Positions 57,880-64,000 of a DNA stretch of 64,000 nucleotides are shown piece by piece (within the stretch, counting starts at the first letter, position 1; each line of letters begins with the position of its first letter). The notes under the pieces were generated by a model. That model saw only the letters and a program-made list of their open reading frames with translations. It made no database searches and was not told the DNA's origin. Made by a program: the position numbers and the translations under genes. This DNA comes from an uncultured delta proteobacterium (GTDB lineage Bacteria; Desulfobacterota; Binatia; UBA9968). The stretch lies in assembly GCA_963745035.1 (NCBI GenBank), contig CAVUVW010000013.1, positions 1,696,001 through 1,760,000 on the forward strand, given 5' to 3'.

Positions 57880-58368
57880 CTATTGTACTTTCGGCTCAGA
57901 CGGCAGTCCCTGACCCGTTTCCACTTTCGGCGTTGCTGGAGCTTTTGTCAGGGCTAAAATATTGCTCAGTACTTCTTCTATCATTTCTTGTGGAGATAAC
58001 CGGGTGAGCGATGTGTGGTAGGAGTTGCCGACAGCCAGAGGTTGATTATGAACGGGCTCTCTCAGTGTAACAGTGAGCTCAAGCAGATACAGCGTGATGT
58101 CCCACATCCACTTGTCTACGTAAGTGATATACGCGTCAGTCTTGTAGGAAGAGGGCGGCATTTCCGGCCCCGCCACGGAGTGGTAACCTTTCAGTGAGAG
58201 ATTGTCGCTGATCATCTGGTGGAGTCCTTGCTTATCTCGCGGCTGATGCACCACGTAGAAAGATTTAACTCGGCTGAGATCGGCGCCGGGCATCAGAGTC
58301 GCCGTCGCTCGGTTTATACAACCCGACACCGCTATACCGACTAAAAGGAACAAAGAGATGGATTTCAT
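57880..58368 (-). CDS. Lipoprotein, hypothetical
   Basis: Lipobox VSGC; TYVDKWMWDITLYLLEL; GGAGG RBS. Confidence 0.75.
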   Translation of the reverse strand: MKSISLFLLVGIAVSGCINRATATLMPGADLSRVKSFYVVHQPRDKQGLHQMISDNLSLKGYHSVAGPEMPPSSYKTDAYITYVDKWMWDITLYLLELTVTLREPVHNQPLAVGNSYHTSLTRLSPQEMIEEVLSNILALTKAPATPKVETGQGLPSEPKVQ

Positions 58369-58404
58369 ATACGCCTCCGTAAGCCAATTTACGCGCCATT
58401 CACG

Positions 58405-58850
58405 GGGTCGGGACCAGGCTATGTCCTTCCATCATCACCGGTTTCGTTCCAGAGGAAAGCGTTTTGACGCCTTAGAGCCTCATTTTCACCGGCAAATTTA
58501 AGCCCGTGTGCGGATAAATCCGACGTTGAACGTTTGAACGATTGAACCGTTGAACGAATTCTTTTCTTACTGTTGCCTGTTGCCTCGTGCCTCACGCCTA
58601 TTCGTTGGCTCGCGCAGCGCGTAACTTCCATCGGCTTCGACTTCCGATGTGCGAAGTTGGTGCTCGCTTCTAAACGACTTGAACGGAGCGAAGCGGTTGA
58701 ACGACTGGAACAACTTGAACTGGCCCCGTTTTAAGCCAAGCTCGCTTTTCACCTTCTCAACAAAAGACCGACTTCCAACCGCGATTGCTTCCGACCAGCG
58801 ATCGTCGCGGACCGGTAAGCCATTCTCCAGTCCTCGCTCAACCACTGAGC
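58405..58850 (-). pseudogene. Y1/REP-associated tyrosine transposase 3' remnant split into three collinear pieces by repeat blocks
   Basis: VERGLENGLPVRDDRWSEAIAVGSRSFVEKVKSELGLK | repeat | EVEADGSYALREP | repeat | GLKFAGENEALRRQNAFLWNE. Confidence 0.65.
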
Positions 58851-58976
58851 GCTGTTCTCTAAAACGTTTCTTGGTTCTTAACGTCTTGAACGGAGCGAAG
58901 CGATTGAACGATTTGAACGGCTTGAACGAATCAAGTTTACGTTGAACGGCTTGAACGTTTTGAACGGGCGTCAGTC
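58745..58976 (+). repeat. 232-bp direct repeat, left copy
   Basis: Ungapped match to 61151-61382; last 136 bp differ at one position. Confidence 0.9.
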
Positions 58977-59005
58977 TTAGTTAGGTTGGACGTGCTCCAG
59001 GCGCC

Positions 59006-60844
59006 TCAAGCAATGGCCGCCGCGCTCGCTGGTGTGAACGGATGTCCACCGTTAAGGCTGAAAGCTCGGACTATGGCGTCAATCTCCGAACCGTGCAGGA
59101 CCTCTTTTTCGAGCAACTTCTCGGCAACTTCATGTAGCAGTCGAAGATTGGTCGTTAATAAGTCCTTGGCCCGATAGTAGCTCTCGTCGATAATGCGCCT
59201 GATCTCGGCGTCGATCTCAATGGCAGTGCTCTTGGAATAGTCTGTTTTCTGAGTAAAATCTCTTCCCAGAAAAATCTCTTCTTCTTTTTTGCCGAAAGTC
59301 ATTGGCCCTAGCTTTTCGCTCATTCCCCATTCACAGACCATCCGGTGCGCCAGATCCGTGGCTTTCTCGATATCGTTCCCCGCGCCCGTCGTTATGTGCT
59401 CGAGCACAAGCTCTTCGGCCACTCGGCCGCCAAACAGGATGACCAAATTATTGAGCAGATATTCCCTGGGATAAGTATGTTTTTCGTCCATAGGCAGTTG
59501 CTGCGTAAGACCCAAAGCCATGCCGCGGGGAATGATCGTCACTTTGTGGATTGGATCGGAGCCCGGCAGTAGCTTCGCCACCAAAGCATGGCCGGCTTCA
59601 TGATAGGCCGTATTGCGCTTTTCTTCGTCGCTGATAATCATGCTGCGCCGCTCGGCGCCCATGATGACCTTGTCTTTGGCTAGCTCGAAGTCGACCATGT
59701 TGACCTTTTCCTGATCATTTCGAGCGGCCAACAAAGCTGCTTCATTTACGAGATTCTCCAAGTCCGCGCCGGTAAGCCCGGGCGTGGAGCGCGCCAGTAT
59801 GCTCACATCCACGTCCGCTGCCAAGGGAACCTTGCGGGAGTGCACGTGCAAGATACCTTCTCGCCCTTTTATGTCCGGTCGCGGTACGACAACGTGCCGA
59901 TCGAACCGCCCAGGGCGGAGCAACGCGGGATCCAATACGTCGGGCCGGTTGGTCGCGGCGACAAGAATAACTCCTTCGTTGGATTCGAATCCATCCATTT
60001 CCACCAGCAGTTGGTTCAACGTCTGTTCTCGCTCGTCATTGCCGCCACCAAAGCCAGCTCCACGGTGACGCCCGACGGCGTCGATTTCGTCGATAAAGAT
60101 GATGCAAGGCGCCTGCTTTTTACCCTGAACGAACAGATCACGAACACGAGATGCGCCGACGCCGACGAACATTTCCACGAAATCGGAACCGCTGATGCTA
60201 AAGAACGGCACTCCGGCTTCGCCCGCGATGGCACGAGCCAACAGGGTCTTGCCAGTTCCCGGGGCGCCCACGAGCAAACACCCTTTGGGAATTCTGCCGC
60301 CAAGTTTCGTGAATTTTTTCGGATCTTTTAGGAATGCGATGATCTCTTGCAGATCATCTTTGGCCTCATCCACGCCGGCGACGTCGCCAAAGGTTATGCG
60401 GTGTTGATTCTCCGTAAGTAGCTTAGCGCGGCTCTTGCCAAAGGACATCGCCTTACCACCGCCCACCTGCATCTGGCGCATAAAAAATATCCACACACCG
60501 AGCAGAAGCAGCATGGGAAACCAGTTAAGCAGTAGCACGATGTACCACGGCGAGTCGTCACCTGGTTTCGCGGCGATTTTCACCTGCTTGCCCCGCAATG
60601 ACTTCACCAACTCCGGATCATCCGGCGCAAAAGTTCCGAACGGTTCGCCGTTCTTGTATTTGCCCTGAATATTCTGTCCTTGGATCACGACCTCTCGAAC
60701 GTCGCCGCGCTCCACGCTCGCCGTAAATTCGCTGAAAATAATTTCCGGTGCGCGCGCGTATTGTTTGTTAAAAACGCTGAAAACCCCAAACAAAACGAGC
60801 ACCACGACCAGCCCAACTGCAATACGTTTTGATGATAGATTCAC
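59006..60844 (-). CDS. ftsH: ATP-dependent zinc metalloprotease FtsH
   Basis: Two TM helices; [38 protein letters not shown] and HEAGH motifs; GTG start with GGAG RBS. Confidence 0.97.
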   Translation of the reverse strand: MNLSSKRIAVGLVVVLVLFGVFSVFNKQYARAPEIIFSEFTASVERGDVREVVIQGQNIQGKYKNGEPFGTFAPDDPELVKSLRGKQVKIAAKPGDDSPWYIVLLLNWFPMLLLLGVWIFFMRQMQVGGGKAMSFGKSRAKLLTENQHRITFGDVAGVDEAKDDLQEIIAFLKDPKKFTKLGGRIPKGCLLVGAPGTGKTLLARAIAGEAGVPFFSISGSDFVEMFVGVGASRVRDLFVQGKKQAPCIIFIDEIDAVGRHRGAGFGGGNDEREQTLNQLLVEMDGFESNEGVILVAATNRPDVLDPALLRPGRFDRHVVVPRPDIKGREGILHVHSRKVPLAADVDVSILARSTPGLTGADLENLVNEAALLAARNDQEKVNMVDFELAKDKVIMGAERRSMIISDEEKRNTAYHEAGHALVAKLLPGSDPIHKVTIIPRGMALGLTQQLPMDEKHTYPREYLLNNLVILFGGRVAEELVLEHITTGAGNDIEKATDLAHRMVCEWGMSEKLGPMTFGKKEEEIFLGRDFTQKTDYSKSTAIEIDAEIRRIIDESYYRAKDLLTTNLRLLHEVAEKLLEKEVLHGSEIDAIVRAFSLNGGHPFTPASAAAIA

Positions 60845-61150
60845 GAAATTGCTCCGTTCAGGGGAAACACCCCCTCCCGCACCGCTGGTGTTGATACTAG
60901 CTCTTTCGGGCACAGAAGGATACCATTGATCGTTGGCACCGATCCTTCTAAAACTTCGACCCAATTGCATTCTCTCTCAGCCGATCTCTATCGGCCCACC
61001 AAGAGAGAATTCACGGCCGAGTCCTAATTTGCCAAACGATTTGAACGAAGCGAGCGATTGAACGTTTAGAACGGCTGGAACGGTCCTCGGTTTATGGGGT
61101 GGGCGCAACGATTGCAAAAGAGCAGTTAGGGTCAGACTTCTACGACTCAA

Positions 61151-61382
61151 CTTTTCACCTTCTCAACGAAAGGCCGACTTCCAACAGCGATCGCTTCGGA
61201 CCAGCGATCATCGCGACGTGCTAATCCCTTCTCCAAACCTTGCTCGACCACTGAGCGCTGTTCTCTAAAACGTTTCTTGGTTCTTAACGTCTTGAACGGA
61301 GCGAAGCGATTGAACGGTTTGAACGGCTTGAACGAATCAAGTTTACGTTGAACGGCTTGAACGTTTTGAACGGGCGTCAGTC
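61151..61382 (+). repeat. 232-bp direct repeat, right copy (transposase remnant plus TTGAAC block)
   Basis: RDDRWSEAIAVGSRPFVEKVKS on the - strand, then a repeat block near-identical to 58841-58976. Confidence 0.9.
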
Positions 61383-61389
61383 CTAGTGA

Positions 61390-61553
61390 GCGGTTGAACG
61401 ACTTGAACAGCCTTGGCCGCCTCACCCCTCACGACTCACGCCTCACGCCCTTCTTCTTCCTGTTGCCTATTGCCTGTTGCCTATTCCAGTTGCCTGTTGC
61501 CCGTGCCTATTGCCTGATCGACGTTGAACTTTTGAACGATTGAACCTTGAACC
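61390..61553 (+). repeat. TTGAAC, TCACGCC, CTGTTGC and TTGAAC blocks
   Basis: ctcacccctcacgactcacgcctcacgccc; ctgttgcctattgcctgttgcctattccagttgcctgttgcc. Confidence 0.85.
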
Positions 61554-61597
61554 GCGCCGCGAGGCGGGAGCGCAGGGCTGTGATGAACGAGGGCGAT

Positions 61598-62389
61598 CTA
61601 CCGTCCAGTGTTTGCCGCGGCGTCGGGCTGCATTTGCAGGAGCACGGTCGGCTGCACGGCGTTCGGCCCGACAAACGGGCGATCGTGCGCGGTGATCAAC
61701 AGGATGCAAACAGCAATGGCCGTCGAGAAGACTCCCATGGCGATGGCCGCCGTCGTCCGATTGTCGACGTGAACCATCGCAATCGCCGTCAGCATGCAGA
61801 TCGCCTGCACGATGAGACTCATCCACTTGACCGGATTCACCTCCGACTGACTGATCAGGATCCGTTGGCGGCGGGCATCGAGCGCGTTCTCGAGCGAGGC
61901 GACGATCGCCCGTTGCGCGGCCGCTTGTCCCTCACCTTGCACCGGCAAGGCGAGAGTGGTTTGCATCGCTTGCACCAATGAGGCTGCGACTATCGTGATC
62001 GTCGCGCGGCCGCTGGCCATCGCAGGCCACTCAGCGGTCTGTGCCTCGTGAATATGCTGACGGATCAATCCACGCAAATGAGCCGCCTTTCCCGGAAAGC
62101 TCTCGGACAGAATGACGACGTCTCTGAGCGCGCTGGCCTCCCGGTTGACCTCGATATGCGCCCGATCCTGGTCACGCCACGCCTCCGTCGCAAGAAACGC
62201 AACGAGCAACCCGAACATGATGCCGAGCGGAGACAGCAACGCTGGTGAGACCGCTTTGAACGCGTTCGCGCGCTCGCCGACGGCGAGCGAATGGACAACG
62301 AGAAGAATGGCGGCCGCGCTCAAAAACGTGCCTCCGAAGATTAGGATCGCCATCCAGCCTAACGGCAGGCCATGAAACCAATCGCTTAT
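61598..62389 (-). CDS. DUF4239 (bestrophin-like) membrane protein
   Basis: G.MFGLLVAFLA..AW, V.REASALR, EWPAM, ARRQRI and DRPF.G...V.P motifs; AGGAGG RBS precedes an ATA codon at 62389. Confidence 0.8.
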   Translation of the reverse strand: MSDWFHGLPLGWMAILIFGGTFLSAAAILLVVHSLAVGERANAFKAVSPALLSPLGIMFGLLVAFLATEAWRDQDRAHIEVNREASALRDVVILSESFPGKAAHLRGLIRQHIHEAQTAEWPAMASGRATITIVAASLVQAMQTTLALPVQGEGQAAAQRAIVASLENALDARRQRILISQSEVNPVKWMSLIVQAICMLTAIAMVHVDNRTTAAIAMGVFSTAIAVCILLITAHDRPFVGPNAVQPTVLLQMQPDAAANTGR

Positions 62390-62699
62390 GTCGGTCCTCC
62401 TTTCCGAAGACGACGAGGTGGCGGAGTTACATTCCGCCGACACCTGACGTCGTCGCAAAGGCAGAACGCAAAGAGCATAGCGCCTCCAAGAGAGAATATG
62501 TTTTTCTTCAATGCGTCCCTGTCACCACCGCTGTGCCTATTTTGTACCTGAATTTGGGCAGAACATACACCTTCCATTGCCGAAAACAAAAGCCAAGCGA
62601 GCCTCGAAATGGTTGGATTTTCTTTTTAATGTTTGGTTCTGGTCCGCGCTGATCTGAGAGGTTGATCTAAGAGCTCGTAAACTCTGCCATCGGAGTTAG

Positions 62700-62858
62700 C
62701 TTGAACGAATCAAGTTTACGTTGAACGATTGAACCATTGAACCGTTGAACGAGTTCTTACCACTCACCCCTCACCCCTCACGCTCTTCTTCCTAACTGTT
62801 GCCTGTTGCCTCTCGCCTGTTGCCTATTCACGTTGCCTGTTGCCTAATGCCTACTCAC
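62700..62858 (+). repeat. TTGAAC, TCACCCC and CTGTTGC block
   Basis: ttgaacgaatcaagtttacgttgaac (third partial copy of the ftsH-flanking repeat); ctcacccctcacccctcac; ctgttgcctgttgcctctcgcctgttgcct. Confidence 0.85.
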
Positions 62859-62868
62859 GTGCGTCGGT

Positions 62869-63486
62869 TTACGGATTAAAGTTGTAGGGGCGTTTCATCT
62901 CAGGCGACATCCGCGTAAAATCCGGCTCCTGCTCCCAGGCGAGCGCAATTCTTTCACTGAAAACGATCAGCGCGTTCCAGTTGACGTTAGGGGTTTCAGC
63001 CATTTTGACCGCGCTGGCAATCGCATCGCGAATCTGGTTGTGACGGTCCCAAAAGCGGCGAATATCATTGGCGTCCGAGGTCACATAGTTGATGTAATGC
63101 CGGATTCCGGTCAAACCCCAGACAATATCGTACAGTCCCTTCTCCCGCTCGTTGAGTCGGACCAGCGTCAGGCCCAGATACAAGCGCGACAGACTGTTAA
63201 CCGGATCCTGGGCGAGATCACGCTCCAAGCTCTGGCGCGCCTGAGCATATTGACCGTTGAGATACTGCGCTCGGCCCAGATAGCTAAAAACGCCTTCCGA
63301 ACGATCGTCGCCAAACGAAAAACCCGGATCCGCTCGAGCAGCGACTTCAAAAGATTCGAGAGCGTCTTGATTTTGACCGCGAAACAACTCCTGCCTGCCT
63401 AGCCCGACCGCGCTCTTCGCGTGAAAAGCTCCGGCGCAAGCGGAGACTAAAACGCTCAATGAGAATAGCGCTACAAGCGCTTTCAT
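62869..63486 (-). CDS. TPR-containing lipoprotein
   Basis: Lipobox VSAC; YLGRAQY..G.Y..A...LE and RLYLGL.L motifs; start could be 63522. Confidence 0.75.
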   Translation of the reverse strand: MKALVALFSLSVLVSACAGAFHAKSAVGLGRQELFRGQNQDALESFEVAARADPGFSFGDDRSEGVFSYLGRAQYLNGQYAQARQSLERDLAQDPVNSLSRLYLGLTLVRLNEREKGLYDIVWGLTGIRHYINYVTSDANDIRRFWDRHNQIRDAIASAVKMAETPNVNWNALIVFSERIALAWEQEPDFTRMSPEMKRPYNFNP

Positions 63487-63538
63487 CTTGTAATTTTCTA
63501 AGCGACCGACGATGAGATTCATTTCACCACCAAGCCCC

Positions 63539-63605
63539 AGCGCGGTTTCGCCGCAACCAAAGAACTCGGAAAATTCGCCACGGAAACACCGAGAACACAG
63601 AGCTG
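63539..63605. repeat. Inverted relative of the 56010-56033 element plus 9-mer repeats
   Basis: agcgcggtttcgccgcaaccaaag vs reverse complement agcgcggcaaagccgcaaccaaag; cacggaaacaccgagaacacagag. Confidence 0.6.
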
Positions 63606-64000
63606 AGGAAAAGTTCTGATTAACATGGATCACACCTTTTCTTTTGCTGTATCAGTGATGTCACAAGGTTTGAAAGTCAGGAGTTGATAAGCCCTCCAAG
63701 ACTTCGTAAAGGGGCAGGCTACTTTACTTTTCGTTTTGCGGCCGACATGGTCGTCTCCAAATTCAAACGAGATTTTTCAATACTTAAAATTAAGGTGTTT
63801 GAAGGGTACCGGAGATAGAAACACGCAGTCAACAGACGTATGGCGCGCTTATAAACGGGACTCACCCGGGCTGTATCCCGGCGAAGCCGGGCCCAAGCTC
63901 CTTCGCCGTGCTTTCGATCAAACGCCGCCGGCAATTATTATCGTGAAGACTTTGTCGAGCAAGGAGGATAACAGCTGCGCCAAACAACCGTTAAGATTGG

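Noticed and set aside
459-60331. Long antisense ORFs (e.g. 5689-6732, 22944-23777, 39797-40573, 40920-41684)
   Set aside because: Shadow ORFs opposite well-supported genes in GC-rich DNA, with no recognisable motifs.
6809-61425. ORF-track peptides rich in LNGLND or FKPFNR and N-terminal extensions (6809, 14172, 22773, 33470, 58649)
   Set aside because: These are translations of the 9-bp repeats, which stay open in frame; better starts with RBS lie downstream.
5616-62753. TTGAAC arrays as CRISPR repeats (ends resemble ATTGAAAC)
   Set aside because: Period is 7-9 bp, not repeat plus unique 30-40 bp spacer; units are degenerate; no cas genes are present.
5616-62753. GTTGAAC as integron attC core sites (fits GTTRRRY)
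   Set aside because: No consistent upstream RYYYAAC with paired L boxes, no intI, and genes lie in both orientations. A classical integron is unsupported; IntegronFinder would settle it.
5616-62753. GAAC repeats as LexA boxes
   Set aside because: Spacing is GAAC-N5-GAAC, not GAAC-N4-GTTC or GTTC-N7-GTTC, and blocks also lie between convergent gene ends.
63719-64000. ORF 63719-63934 at the window end
   Set aside because: No recognisable motif or RBS; context is truncated by the window edge.

Overview
GC-rich bacterial chromosomal region. The gene content (six TctC/Bug, three NMT1/THI5-like and two TAXI solute-binding proteins, amidohydrolases, nitrilases) resembles Candidatus Binatia/deltaproteobacterial genomes; that assignment is inference. 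No rRNA, tRNA, CRISPR array or intact transposase/integrase is visible. About 50 mostly accessory genes occur in small 1-5 gene units, including four toxin-antitoxin-type pairs, an ECF sigma/anti-sigma/S8 protease locus, a TIR-TM-discoidin protein, an isolated ftsH and a likely Sec-containing rhodanese-CBS selenoprotein. The most striking feature is non-coding. Roughly 30 intergenic blocks of degenerate short tandem repeats (9-mer TTGAACnnn, 7-mers CTGTTGC, TCACGCC, TTTATCC) almost all read on the + strand regardless of gene orientation. They are mixed with 3'-end remnants of a Y1/REP-associated tyrosine transposase, all on the - strand. Several gene units are bracketed by locally matched direct repeats (38-232 bp), and repeat blocks split one transposase remnant into collinear pieces. 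Together this suggests a repeat-delimited gene-cassette system. About nine single-base frameshifts look like long-read assembly errors. Product calls come from motif recognition only; no database searches were run.
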